A stretch of DNA of 63,061 nucleotides, the filler included, from Bipalium vagum (Eukaryota), in the NCBI GenBank assembly GCA_037834085.1. It is 3 parts of 3 records of this genome, joined end to end, with 100 filler letters (N's around TTAATTAATTAA, not from the genome) between each part and the next. Parts side by side here need not be neighbours in the genome. Positions count along the whole stretch, not along the records: positions 22,340 to 47,425 come from JBBMKC010197387.1; positions 47,526 to 63,061 come from JBBMKC010161059.1; 1 more part is not named here. One strand, given 5' to 3'. Positions 39,200 through 53,126 of the stretch are shown here, piece by piece. The notes beneath the pieces are model-generated. The model saw only the letters and a list, made by a program, of their open reading frames with translations. It did not search any database and had not been told where the DNA came from. How positions within the stretch are numbered: the first letter of the stretch is position 1; each line of letters opens with the position of its first letter. A program made the translations under genes and the position numbers.

Positions 39200-39800
39200 T
39201 TGATAAAATATCCAAAATGTTGGGTGATATTTTCGATTATGGTTGAAATTGAATATAAATACCACAAAAAGCGGTTTGGCCAGCCCCCTAATGGTAAAAA
39301 AGTATAAAAGCCCACCAATGCGTAAAAGGAATATTCATGCCAAAAAGAACTGGAATAGTCAGGGATTAGTCCTTTTCGAGGTGTTAAAAAAGAGTCATAA
39401 TGTTAATGCGGACCTGTGCTCATAACAACTAAGTCATGTGGTCCAAGCGCTGAGTATCTATGGCACCAATACGAAGGTGATAAATATCCACTATGATAAC
39501 GTCAGGTGTCTCTCAAAAAACGCGAAAGTCTCTGAAAAGAAAATTTATAAATTCAATTGCCAAGTTCTTTCTCATCCACCGAACAGTCCGGACATTGTGC
39601 CATCCGAGTACTTTTTGTTCCGGTCCATGCAGAATGTTTTAGCTTGAAAAAAATATAAAAACCGACATGAGGTTGAAATTTGGGTGACTAACTTCTCCGA
39701 GTCGCAACAATCTGATTACTTTAAGAAGGTCAATTATTCTTTACGTGAATGTTGGGACAGGCCATGGATCTTAATGGAGAGTTTTACATTGGATTAACAT
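39200..39800 (+). mobile_element. mariner transposase remnant
   Basis: NIHAKK..WNSQGLVLFEVL, IHYDNVR, LSHPPNSPDIVPSEYFLFRSMQN. Confidence 0.85.
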
Positions 39801-41039
39801 ATTTTATTATTGTTTTTATAATAGATATTCTTTTTTGATAAATTTCTAATCTGACAACCTGATATTTATAATGAAATCTTAAAATTTTATTTTCATAAAA
39901 TTAAAAGGTGAATAAATTAATGAACTCATATATCAATAATTTTTATAATATTCGATTGTTTGTTTTAAATGAAAAACATGTATTTAAAGTAATGTAAAAT
40001 AAAAAATAATTTATTATAAAATAAATTTAAATAATAATTTATTCGCACTATTAAAAAATTTTAAAATTTTTTTGGCATTTTACATTTTCTATTATAATCA
40101 AATTACTACATTAACCTATGTCACAAGAAGACCCAAATATTTAAATCGGTTTCCAATAATTCAAAGCTTTCGATCTTATTCCAGCTGTGGTGGTGGTTAT
40201 AACATTCGCGTTTATGGAAAATAAAAATTGATTTATTAAAACGTGAAGATTTTTTTCTTATTTTGTATAAAGAATATTATACGGTATTTATTAAAAGTAC
40301 TTAACAAATACTATTAATTAAGTCAATAAACAAATAAGAAATAGAATAAATATGGTAATTAGAACACGAGAACATTATTTCTAAAATAATTATGAAAAAG
40401 GAATATTGTTTTATTAAAATTATTTATTTACAATTCAGAATTTCACTTTTAAAGCCATTGTTTTATTTTCCAAGCGGATGCTTTAAACATTTTTCCAGAC
40501 AATTAATTATTTTTTGAGATTTTCAAGATTACCATTTAAAACGATTCTTTTGAAATATATTAATTAAACATTAAACAAGATGTAAAAATTATTTACTGTT
40601 GAAAACGAAGAAATCATTGGATAATTTTAATAGAATTAATTTTAGAGTAAATCTGTTTTGTATAATTCTTATTTCATTAGTTTTCATGTTTATTTTATAA
40701 AATTCGTGAATAATTAATAAATTAAATAAGTTAAAGTTCATTATTGAATACTTTTTTCTGATATTTAAATATGGAAAGTGATAAATTACTAATGTATATT
40801 AATTCTGGTCTAAAGTTCAAATAAGCAACAGCGTTCTCGTAAAGCTCTGTTCGAGTTTGAACTTATTATTTTCCATTAAAAGTTACGTTTCTTGCAGATT
40901 GTGAACCGGCTGTACGATAACTGTAAGAGTCAAAATAACAATTTATAATAAATACATGAACATCTAATTTAAGCTTACATAGGTTACGTTACACACTATT
41001 ATAACACAATAAACGAATAAGTTCAGTTATATTTCTGTC

Positions 41040-43120
41040 ATGAATGTTTTTATTCAATATTTGGAAATCAGTAGCGGAATCACATTAAACGCTTCAGGAA
41101 AGATTTGCTAATGAAGCTTCATCGTAATCAAACGGAAAATTCTGGTTTATAGATTTAAATCAGTCAACTTCGATTTGAATGATAAAAAAAGACAAAATCA
41201 GTCAAAAGATAGTGAATTGAAAGATTAGTTGAATGACAACCCCGTTGAAACAGAGAAATAGGTGATTATGACACTGAACAAACTTAGAAAGAATTTCCAG
41301 AAGGTTATATCCGATAGGAAACATTAAAAAATAGAATAAATATCTCTGATAATTTGAATGAAAATTAAATCTCAGATAGTTTAAGAATAATCACTCTCTA
41401 TGTTATTTTTCGGAATTATAATAAATCCAGTTCTCGAAACTGTAAGCCTTGTTTCGGTTACAGTTTTTATCATTGGAACATCTTTGATAAGAGTTTCGGC
41501 TTATGCAGATGATATTGCCAATAATTCTAGTGACTTGCAAAAAATGATAGATCTGTCCAATAAGTTGTCATGAAAAGAACTACAGGTACTAAGAAATGTG
41601 CTTTCTTATATATGTTGCAAGATAAAATGAGTAGTGTCATTTCCACTTCATCAGCTGTCGTCCAAAGACTTCTGAGAATTTCTGTGTTCCTGTTGGTGTG
41701 AAATTTGATCAATTACCCTATGAGACTTTGAATAAAATCATTATCTATTTTGGTAAGATTGTCAATTCTCACTTGTTTCGTTGGCAAAAACTGAAAGCCT
41801 ACAAAATCTTTTTCCATTCTCGTTGGTTTTTCCTTTCAGAATTAGAGAAGTAAAAATTAACTAGATATGTATATCATTAAGAACTAGTCCAAGTAATAGG
41901 AATAGAAGCTCACAAATCAGAGCATATTTGAAACAAGTTTTGAAACTAATTATCTCTATTCTCCTATCGAAAACGGAGTAGCTGGATTGACGGTTTTGCG
42001 TGATGAATATTCAACTCAATGCATTATACAAGGTTTTCGTCTCTTGATTTTACTCGTAAAATCACTTCTCACTTTATTTGTTTTCTCGCGGCTACTCTTT
42101 TGACATTATCTACTTGTGATATTTTGGATTGTCTTCTATGGATTAACAGTAGTTAGACAATATACAACTCATATGGTTTTTCTTCGGATTTCTTGTAAAT
42201 GCATATATACTCCTGTAAGCATCTTTAAAGATAGATGTGCTTTGATTCATCTTCTCCATCTCTACATTCAAAGTTCTTACAGTTTGAAGTGACGCAACAG
42301 CAAGTGGAGGGATTTTATTGTTCAACTGTTCCCTCTCTAAAAAAATGATCTTTAACAGTGGTTTGAATAAATTTGGCTTCAAATTCATTCATAAAGCTCA
42401 TTCGAATTCACTTTCTATCAATACAAAATAGTGGAATAAGTGTAAAGATTATCATGTCTGCTGACGCTGCACTTTTCAGAGAAATCATTAGCGCATGCCC
42501 TGCAAAATTTTTTCCCAAACATGCCATTCTGTACAGTGTCCATATGCTTGTTTAAAAAAAATCACTGTGCTCTGCATACCTGGCATTATTGTAGTCATGG
42601 ATAAGAAATGTGAGCTCTTGAAGGATTGCAACGAGTGTGTTGACTTTTGATCCCACATGTTGAGAAAAAGCTGATTTTTCTCGTGGATTTTAAATGTCCA
42701 ACGGAGACACTAGAAAATTTCCGGAATTTAAATGAAGACAATTCAGCTAAATATGCAGATCTTCATAATCGACTTCAGGTGTTGAAGCCTGATTATAAAA
42801 TTATTCTGCATACAAGCATAATTGGTTCCCTAGAAACAGTGTCACCAAAAATAGTTTATCTATTGGAGATAATTGCCCACTTCTCAAGGAATATGCAGTA
42901 TTAAATATTGAATACTGGGCAAAGATGTGGCAGTACCACGTTACAGAAATCCTGAGAGCTATTTAAAAATGGGAGATTCCCGGATGTCAACAAAACTGGA
43001 CGAAGGACGCTGAAGCACAGCTCTACTACAGCCGATGACCTCAGCGCAATTGATATAGAACCATGCAGATTCACTATGCTCTGTAGAAATAAGCCTAAAC
43101 GTATTTATTAAAATAAATGT
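41040..43120 (+). mobile_element. Non-LTR retrotransposon relic with C-terminal restriction-like endonuclease (NeSL/Utopia/R2 group)
   Basis: RT motif RVSAYADDIA (41490-41519); FKFIHKA (~42377); RLE segment IFLVDFKCPTE...NSAKYADL...IIGSL (ORF 42647-42904); AATAAA near 43114. Confidence 0.8.
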
Positions 43121-43618
43121 TATATAAAGGAATGTTTTAAATGAATTCACATTTGTTGGGAAAGATTTAGAAAACAACAACATAAAACAAACAAAGCATA
43201 CAGGAATAATTAAAATGGAAATTAAAGATAAAATGGACCAAAAATTATTTCAAGAATAAATTGACTTAGAAGACATAGAAAGTGACTTGCTCGTCCATTG
43301 AAATTAATTTTAAAGACGTGTTTCAACAAATTGAAAGTGTTATTAATTTTCCCGATAAAAAGTATAATACATCTAAGCAAGATATAAAATATTTTTCTAA
43401 TAAAAAACGAAATTTGAGAATTTGCGATCAAAAGAATCAGTTAGATATTTCAATTTTTTGAAAAACCTTAAGTGTTTTCTATTTGTGTTTTGCTTTAGTT
43501 ACTGTAAATCTAACATGATTTCTCGATTTTTGCACAATTTTGTTTCGCCAGTGTTTTTTATTTTCCCAGGAACGGTTAATGACAAAATATCTAATGTCTA
43601 CTGTTTTATTATTATACT

Positions 43619-46112
43619 TGTTAGTTACATTGACATTATTAGAAAAATCCTCAACATCCATTTTCAAAAATCTGTATTTATCTGTCACAAAACTATTTTA
43701 AAAAAACTATTTAAATAATAAAACTGTTTAAATAATAAAACTTCTAAAATCAAAAATAATTTAAATTAGTTTTGATTTTGAAATCCTCACATCCCCCTCT
43801 TTTAAAGTATTTCATCTTTTCGATGTTTCTGATTATTTTCTTTCCATTCGAATCTGTTATCTCGTAGCATCTGTCGTGAATCTTCCTTTTGATTTTCTAA
43901 GGTCCCTCGTATCGATCTTGATCTTTGGTTCGATCTTCTTTCCTAACCATGACCATTTTTCCGATCGTAAACTCCCTTCTGGTTTTCTGGCTACTCAATT
44001 CTTGATTCGTTTCTAGCTATTTGATTCTCACTGAACCATCTTTCTCTATTTATTTTCTGACCTAAAATTAATTCAGCTGAACTCATTCGAATTGTTTATT
44101 GTACCGATGAATTTAAACTATTTTCAATTTCTGTTAAAATTTCAGCTCAATCGGTGTTCTTTCTATCCTTTAAGGTTAAATTTACATACTCTCTTATGGT
44201 TCGAAATTGTCGTTCAACGATTCCATTTGTATTGTGGTGATATGGGCTAGAGAAGATCAAGTCTGCCAGTCTTTTAAATTCTTAGGACTCAAAACATTTT
44301 CCACAATCTGCATGTATCTGCTTAGGAACACCAAATCTTAAGACCCAATTGTTTTATACTATCTTGACGACAGTATTATTGTCCTTTCTTGCGATGTACT
44401 TACCAAAATGATCTATGATTGCCATAATGTATTTCTTTATGTGGAAAGTTTCTTTAATGGTCCACAAATATCTAGGTAGACCTTCTCAAACGGCTCTATC
44501 GATCTGATTATTATTGTCTCCCTTCATATTTGCTGTCACCGTCTTGACTCGTTGACACGTTTCACATTTTCTTATATTTTCTGTTACCGTACTGCTTAAT
44601 CCTTCCATGTCAAAATCTTGTAAAATGTATTTCTTCACTTTCTTTGTTCCCGCATGAGATAGCAGCTTGTGCGTATGCATGATGAATTCTTGTTTCTTCT
44701 TGTGTGGTATCCATATTTTATTGTTCTTTGTAATTATCGTATTGCCTGCCAATATGAAGTCTTTCTCTTTAACCTTAACAATGTTTTCTTTGATTTTACA
44801 AATTTCGAGATTATCCCTTTGTCACTGTTCACCTCTATCTTTGCTGAGCAAATTTAAAATTCTCGTTTTCATCTTTCCAGATTTAGAATAAGAGAATAAT
44901 AGCATAATAGAATGTAACATAAGGCACTGTATGCAGGTCTCACAAGATCTTCTCGACAACATAACAGCATTAGAATGTTCTGAGCCTTTTCGATATTCTA
45001 AATTTATGTCTAAACTACTTGAGTAGTTTATCCATATCTGGAACTGTGCTGTAATTGGCTTCTTTGTTGTCAGCATAAGTGTTATAGCTTTGTGATCTGT
45101 TCTAACAGTAAATCTTTTTCCATATACATGTAAATAGTAATTAAAGTGATTGCAGAAGTAATAAATTGCAAGTACTTCTTTCCTTGTGATGCAATATCCC
45201 TTTTCATGAGAATTTATAGCATGGGATCCATAGAATATTACTCTTTCCCTCCCATTTCTGTGTTTTTGCGCTAACACGGCTCCCATAGTATCAAAACTGC
45301 GATATGTGTCAAATATGAATTCCTTGGTGAAATCGGGAAAACAATATTGGTGATCTTATAAGTGCTTCTTTCATCTCTACAAACGCATTTTCACAATTAT
45401 CTGACCAGATTAACTTCCCAATTGTTTTTCCACACATTGTTTATAATGCCCTTGTTTCCTGCGAATATCCTTTCATGAACCTTCTGTAATAGTTGCAGAT
45501 TCCTAAAAAACTGCGAAGGCTTTTTACACATTTTGGCCTTTCATATAATTTAATTGCTTCAATCTTCATATGGTCCGTTTTAACTCCGTCTTTGCTGATA
45601 ATGTGGCCCAAACATTTAATTTGACTTCTCATAAGGTGGCTTTTTTCTGGATTTATGGGAGGTCCCGCTTCCCCAATGCTTCCAATTACGCGATTCAAAA
45701 TTTTATAATGATTCTCAATGTTGTCGGTGAACACCAGTATGTCATCCAGATATACGCATGTACCTTCCATTCCGTTGAGCACCTTGATCATCAGTACTTG
45801 AAAAGTTCCCAAAACTGCTGCAATCCCGAAAGACATTCTATTAAAACAGTATTGGCTTAATTTTTTAGAGAACGCTGTCTTCTTCTTTGATTCGTCTTCC
45901 AATTCAACCTGGTAGTAGGCATTCCCTAAATCAATCGAACCAAAATACCGAGCTTTCCCAAGTTTATCCAGCATATCTTCTATATTTGGCATTTATCTAT
46001 CACAAAACTATTTAAATAAAACTATTATTCAAATATTAATAGTTTAGTTTAAATAATAAAACTTTTAAAATCAAAAATAATTTAAATTTGTTTTGATTTT
46101 GAAATCTTCATA
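43619..46112 (-). mobile_element. Ty3/gypsy element lacking gag/protease, with 3' LTR and truncated 5' LTR
   Basis: RT (FGSIDLGNAYYQV, VYLDDILVF), RNase H (MGAVLAQ, ITRKEVLAI, VRTDHKAI), integrase (HKLLSH..CETC, DICGP, SSPYHH). Polypurine tract at 43792-43805 abuts LTR start 43791. LTR repeat at 45992-46112. Possible TSD ATACT (43614-43618 / 46113-46117); left boundary tentative. Confidence 0.9.
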
Positions 46113-46597
46113 ATACTGAAAGACAGCAGAATGCAAAAATGGTGAGGGGAAGAAGCAATATCAAATTTAACTTGGAATATCCTATAGAAATGTTGAAATT
46201 TTTTCCAGGATCCTCAATGTTAGTTGACAACAATGATAATATTTTATTTTCATTTTTTATTTATTACTAACCATATCCTTCCAATCCAATCTAACTGGAA
46301 CTTCTATCAAATGCTAACCTGTATATTATAAATTTAGTATATTGAGAAAGTTCTGGTGATGTTTCAAATCATGCCCTTGTAGTATTTCTACAGTAATTTG
46401 TACAGTGTGAGGTCTAACGTTTGATGGAACAAGATGAGTTGATCTATTGATTTATCTGGACTATTTTAAGTTTTCACAACATTTTCTCCATTTGATCGCT
46501 AAGCCCTGTTTTATGAATTCAGAATAAATCATATGAATTTTAATAATCGCATTTTTAAACATTCTGTATTTTAACAATATTAAAGTAAATCTATGTA

Positions 46598-47235
46598 TTA
46601 GGTTTTCCTAAAAGTAATGTCGTTTTTTAATAGAAATTTGAAAAACCAAATTTTGACAAAAAGTTATATCTTACCAATAACATAGTCAGCAACCGTCTTC
46701 CATCTTAAAACAAGCTTTTCTATGCCATCTTTTTAAAAAATTTTTGACTTCGACGCGAAATACCCGTTTATTACTGTTTTTACATCATAAAGGGAACTAA
46801 ATCTTTTCCATATAAACAAATTTTGGAGTGAACGAAATGAGTGGTAATCAGATGGTGCACAATCGTGGGAGTAAGGAGAATTCGATAGAACTTCCCACTG
46901 AAGTTCTTTGACTTTTTATAACATTTATTACAAATTACTGGTTTCTTTATTCAACCTTTCCTGCATACGAATTTTTACATTGTTGACGAATTTTATTTGT
47001 TTTTTTGTTTTCACAATATCTTATCTGACATGTTTTTCGTTTATTACCAATTGGACGTTTATCTGCATTTGTCAGACGTTTGGTTCAATAAACGATCTAG
47101 AAAAATGATTTCCGATATCAATCAACTATAATATATGTCTTTTAATTTAAAATTAAAATCTGTTCAAGGAAAATTATAAAATAATTGATTAAAAGTTTGT
47201 TTTAAAAAAACGACATTGCTTTTTGGAAAATCTAA
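46598..47235 (-). mobile_element. Internally deleted mariner element with both TIRs
   Basis: TA-flanked TIRs TTAGGTTTTCCTAAAAGTAATGTCGTTTTTT / AAAAAACGACATTGCTTTTTGGAAAATCTAA; C-terminal SPYSHDCAPSDYHSFRSLQN, IEKLVLRWKTV. Confidence 0.9.
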
Positions 47236-47425
47236 TAATAAACAATGAATAATAATTTAATAATTATTTTAAAAATTTATTTTAATTTTAAGGAGAGAAA
47301 CTGAAAAAACCTGTTCAGCAAAGTAAAAAAATATTTTGTAGAAATTAAAATATGGCTTTTAAAAATTTTTATTTTATATTTCCATATTAATGTGTTTTTC
47401 TATAAATAATTAATGAATATATATA

Positions 47426-47525
47426 NNNNNNNNNNNNNNNNNNNNNNNNNNNNNNNNNNNNNNNNNNNNTTAATTAATTAANNNNNNNNNNNNNNNNNNN
47501 NNNNNNNNNNNNNNNNNNNNNNNNN
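47426..47525. other. Assembly gap with artificial linker (44 N + TTAATTAATTAA + 44 N)
   Basis: Same 100-bp construct as 22240-22339. Confidence 0.95.
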
Positions 47526-47891
47526 GCAATAAAGTGTTGTTCATAATTGTTTGATTCATTCAATTGCGTACACGTATAAGAATAAGTGAAGGGGTCAGTA
47601 ACGTTTCGAGCTAAGGTTACGACAGGGTTCATAGTGAAATAATATCGTAACATATAAATATTCATATTATACATATGAAGATTTCTGAGAATGCAAAAAA
47701 GGAGATTTCACAAATCTTTCATTTAGTGACTTTATTATGATGAGCTGTCTTTTAAGTTTTGCATACATACAAGCCTACAATAATAAAATATTATATAAAA
47801 CAAACATCTATATTTAGACACTAAGAATTATAATTTTCGTTTAAATATATCAAAGTCTTTGATTACAGCGACTATTTAACAAACATAATCA

Positions 47892-48600
47892 ATGAAAAAA
47901 TTGAATTCACGAGAGAAAATGTAAGAAAAATAATTTTGTACAATTTTTGAAGAGGATTAACTCAGGAACAATGTCGATCCAAAATGATATCTGTTCTTGA
48001 GGATGAAACCCCACTTGTGTCAGCAATTTCCCGCTGGTACCGCGATTACCATCATGGACGATCTAGTCTGACCAACGCATCGGTGCAACAAGGACAGCAG
48101 TTATCCAGGAAAAAATCGATTCTCACATATCCTAACTGATGAACAAAAAGTAGCTCGAGTCAACTGGTGCCGAAAAATCTTGAATGGATTCAACAACTGA
48201 AGCTCAAAAAATGTGAACAACACTGTCAGTAGTGACAAATTATGGATTTATGCGTATGAGCCTGAAAAGAAAAGTAAATTTTATGTTTGGGTGTTCCAAT
48301 TTGAGGAGAAACCGAGAAAAGTTACCCTTTCTCTCAGTGTTTCAAAGCAGATGATCGCAACGTCTGTTTCAAAAGCAGCTTGCGGCTACAATTCCTTTAC
48401 CAAATCGAAAAACGGTTACTGCGCAATTGTATGCAACAATGTGTTTCCTGGAAATAATTTCAGTTCTTTAAAGGACAAACATGAAACTAAAATCATTCTT
48501 CATCACGACAATGCTAGTTCACATACATCTCTAGCAACAGCAGATTTTCTATCATCTCTAAATCTAGAATAATTAGGTCATCCACAATTTAGTCCCAAAA
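47892..48600 (+). mobile_element. mariner transposase remnant
   Basis: FTRENVRKIILYNF*RGLTQEQC, ISRWYRDY, VSSDKLWIYAYEPE, ILHHDNASSHTS, LGHPQFSP. Confidence 0.88.
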
Positions 48601-50199
48601 TAAATCCAAAGTCTTATATTAGAATATTTTGTTTTTGTCTATTAAATACTTGTAACCGATTAATTATGAATCTGTTCCGTTCAAATATAGTTATAGGAAC
48701 ATTAAATAACTAATAATCAAAGACAAATAAATACTTGGGAGCTTCCTCCGTTGCTCGCTCAAGGATCGCGTAAAAGAAAATGGGTAACGATCTGGGAACT
48801 TTCAAAGGGATTATTCAGGCTATCTATCTTTTGTCAATAATCATTTACTTCTTAAATAAAAAACAAGACTTTAGTAAAGCACGAAATCATTTCAATCATT
48901 GTAATTGTGATATCATCAATTTATTTTACACGCAACCTAGTTCTTTTTTTGGAGTTTTGTGTTGAGTTAGAGGAAAATTAGCAGAATTAACCTAACCATA
49001 TCCAATAAACAAATAAATATATTATCAACTTACGATACATTTAAATGTACCAAAATTTAAAATAAAACTTTTGGGAAAAGATTATCTTTTTGAGCTACTC
49101 TATGAAATAGAATAAATCTATAAATAACAATAAGAACTTAAATTCAATCTATAAATTAATAAAATTGAAGTTTTAATAATAAAATAAATTTGTTTGTATA
49201 AGTTATAAATATAAACAAAAATTATACAAATAAAAGAAATAAAAATATAAATAAATAAAAATAAATTCAACTAGTTCATCTTTTAAATATAAAAATTTTA
49301 TTACACAGAAAATGTTATATTTTTTCTGGCTCTAAATAATAAACGTCCAACATTAACCATCACTCGTTTATCTCGCTTTTGATAAGGAATTTAAAGACAC
49401 AACTATGCTCTATTCCGTCCAGCCCCGTTTCACTTCTATAAAAGCGTATTTCCGTTACTCTTATAGATAAAGCCAAAAGTCGAAATTCTATTATTTTATT
49501 TCTTCAAATCCAATTTGGATGGAGAATAATTTTTTTCAATATTTTAAAACTGGTTTCATTTTATAACTTTTGCAAATTTTCTGAATCAATTCTTTCAGTC
49601 ATTTTAAGCCCGGATAAAGTATGACAAATGGGCCGAATATATTAACCCTCAGTTTTTAAGATTCTCTAACAAAGAATGAACGTACAATGCGATATGCATC
49701 AACCAACGTCTGTCTTTAGTAATCATATTAGAATGATTTATGATCTAATGTCGGACTTTCGATCAGATTGATAAACTATAACTCCACACATTCCATAACC
49801 CAGTTTCTTTTTATCTGCTAATAAATTATAATTTTTTTAATAATCCTGATTGCAATATTCTTAAAACTCGATGTCAATTCATCCTCTTAAAAATTTTTCT
49901 CATCAATTTTTTGATGTTTTTTTTTGATGATTTTCATTTTCAACTTTCGATCAATTAATTAATTAAATTAATTAAATTAATTAATTAATTAAATTAGAGT
50001 AATGTTTTATTAGATAAACAGAGAAAAAACAGAAATGTTAACTGATATCTGCACACGACCACAGTTTTGAAAAATTTATTTAGGTGAAATGTGCGAAGGA
50101 TAAGATTGAAATTTCATCTGACCTTGATAGTGGATATCAGCTCCATTGGAAAACAACATTAATGGAGTAGGTTAATTACGTGGTGTGGATAAAAAGTCC

Positions 50200-50385
50200 T
50201 TAGACTTGTACATTAATAAAAAGGCTACTGAAACGAAACTTTGTATTTAGGACAAGTAAACCACATAGGTAAATAAACTTTCTAAATAAATATGCTTGCT
50301 CCATTTGAGAAATAATTTCCTTCTTTTCTGTTTCCTTCAACAACAAAAATATTATGAAGCATCGGAATTCCACTAAATGATGCAT
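50200..50385 (-). mobile_element. Possible mariner N-terminal fragment
   Basis: MHHLVEFRCFIIFLLLKETEKKEIISQMEQAY resembles the first mariner HTH. Confidence 0.4.
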
Positions 50386-52299
50386 TTTTTTTCAAAAATG
50401 TCGTACCTAATGTCAACAAAAGCTTACCACTTAAGAAATATAATAATACTTACCTATATATATTAATTATTAAAATTTCATGAAATTCTTAATTATATTT
50501 CTGTACTAGTCTAACTAGTTTGTATTCACACCGCGCATAAGGCTGATATTCAACATAAAATGGAAATAAATAAAAAAAAGAGAAAAAAAATAAAAATTCT
50601 CCCGGTAAACCCGGTATATCAGTTTTGGTATTAATAAGAATTTAGGTTGATCATGATTCTGAGAATCTTCAGGAGTTTTTATCGTTTTAATGGTGGAAAT
50701 GAAATTAAGAGCATTAATATTTGATACTATAATAGAATCAATAAAATCTTTAAAAATAATGTGTAATTAACATTTTTCAAAAAGAATATTATTGATTGTA
50801 TTATTTTTTTATTAAAAGTCACCTTTAACTTTTCATTATTTTTCATCGATTATTATACAAAAATTGACGAGAGAAATGTTTTAAAAACAATTTTTACAAA
50901 AATTTAATGGAAATTGAATTATTTTATTTGTTTTAAACAACGATTATTTTATTTTTATTCAACATTGATTTTAATTTTATTTATTAACATTTTTGTTATA
51001 TTTATATATTCATTAAAATAAAGCAGCCTGACATATCAAATGTCCAAGCTGTCATTAAGTATTTTTCCTCGGATCCAGTGAAATATTTCAGATTTGTTCA
51101 ATATAACTTGTTTTTATACGGTCAAGAGCTCCTCAAGAACTCTTGACATTGTATAGTCTGTCAAGGGCAAATAAGAATTTGACTCCAAAATGTGAAGCTT
51201 GCATGTTTATCAAAATTAAATAAACATTATTTCATGAAAGGTGGAGAACCATAAAATTTGATATTAGTTTTAAAAATTCAAAATTTTTAACAATAATTTT
51301 TTATTATATATTATAAATGAATTGGTTTTTATTTTTAAATGTTCGATTTGATTTTTTAATGATCAATATTTTTCGAAATTAATTTTTTCAAATTTAATTA
51401 AAATAAATGAAAATTTATTAAAGTGCAATATATTATTTTTTTAATTTTAAAAATTAATAAATAAAAATTTCCTTTTTCAACAATGTCAGTTAACCGGATT
51501 CAAGAGGGGCTGCTTTATAAATATTCTGATCTTGATTTATATCAACAGTTTGATTATGAACATAAATTAAATCGATGTTTTAATAAAATTTAATTTTGAT
51601 GAAAATAATTTCGTACATGTACATTGAATGTGAGTAAAAATTCAAAAAAAGTTTAAAATCATTTTACGATGTTTAGTAAAACAAAATATTACTTAGGAGA
51701 ATTAATTAAATTTAGTACAATTTAAAAATGTTTTAAAATTTAAATAATAATAAATAAATAAATAAATAAATAATAATTTTTTATTGTTTTTCACTGATAA
51801 AAATCTATTTTTGAAAATATTTACAAATTAATTATTTTCCTTTCTGAAATAGAGGAGAATTGTCTTTATCAATTACCACATCCTGTCTATACAATTTATG
51901 ATACTTTTAATTACTGATAATAATTTTTAAAATTAGCAAAAATATTTTATTGCTATCAAAAGAGAGGAAAGTTTAATAAAAATCGTAAATATTTGTTGAC
52001 GATTGGTACAGATTTCTCTTTCCTGGGGAAGTCTTAATTATATGGAATGTTCAGTAGTAATACGCTGTCATTTGTGTTGGTTTTTCTGCGTAATCTTTCA
52101 GAGAGAAAAGTTAAAAAAAGAAAGGAAAATAAAAATAAGAAAATGATTTCTGAATTAAATTACCACAAATGGAAAAGGAAGAGAATTTTACAAAACATAG
52201 TGGGAAAAGTAAAGCCACCATCGCTTGTAACACAGTTGTTCGAGTTTTTATTATTTTATGGTTGTTTACTGTATCAAATTTTCTTAATGCCAAATACAT

Positions 52300-53126
52300 T
52301 TGAAAGAAGTTTTCTGCTCTACAAAAGGATAATAAAATGAAGGTCAGAGTTGATCAAAAACACAATTTCCGTCACCTATTTCAGAAATTTTGCAGAAGCG
52401 GTCAACAGATTTTACTCTTTTTAGCTCGCTGCCTAATCAAATACAAGGAATTATTTTTGTAAAGGAAAAGAATCTTAGAAAGTGGTTGATAAATTTATTT
52501 CTGAGTAGATCTATCGATTTCTGGAATTCAGATTTTGATGACGTGCTGGAAAACATAGAGAAAATCCAAATTAAAAAGTGAAATGACATTATCGATTGAT
52601 TTGTTATTATTTGTAAACAAATTGATTTATTGTTTGTAAATATATACATATACAGGACAATGATCCCAAACATAAAGCCAAACTATGTTAGAATTATTTG
52701 AAAGATGGAAAAGAAAAATATCATAAAAATAATGATCTAGCTCCCTCAATCACCTGACCTTAATCCCATAGAGTTACTATGGGATAAACTGGATCGAAGT
52801 ATTAGAAAAACCTGCCCAAATACACAGAAGGATCTGTGGCAGAAACTCCAGAAGGAATGGGTAAAAATTAAACCAGATACTTTAAGAAATTTATTAGAAA
52901 GGATTCCAAGGCTATGCTAGATGATCATTGAAAAACAAGGAGGTTACATAGATGAGCTTCGGCTTAATTCTTAATTAGTTATTTAAAAGTTTTCTTATGT
53001 TACTATGTTTGGTAATTGTCAATAAATATGTGTTGAAAAAATCTTAACTTTTATTGCTTTTTTGTAAGAGTTGTTAGAGTTCAAAGTTATACTTAAAGGG
53101 TGTACAAATACTTTCCGACGGTAGAG
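52300..53126 (+). mobile_element. Tc1 transposase remnant with 3' end
   Basis: IQDNDPKHKAK, PQSPDLNPIELLWDKLDR, LQKEWVKI, LLERIPRLC, QGGYIDE; 3' TIR-like GGGTGTACAAATACTTTCCGACGGTAGAG followed by TA. Confidence 0.9.
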
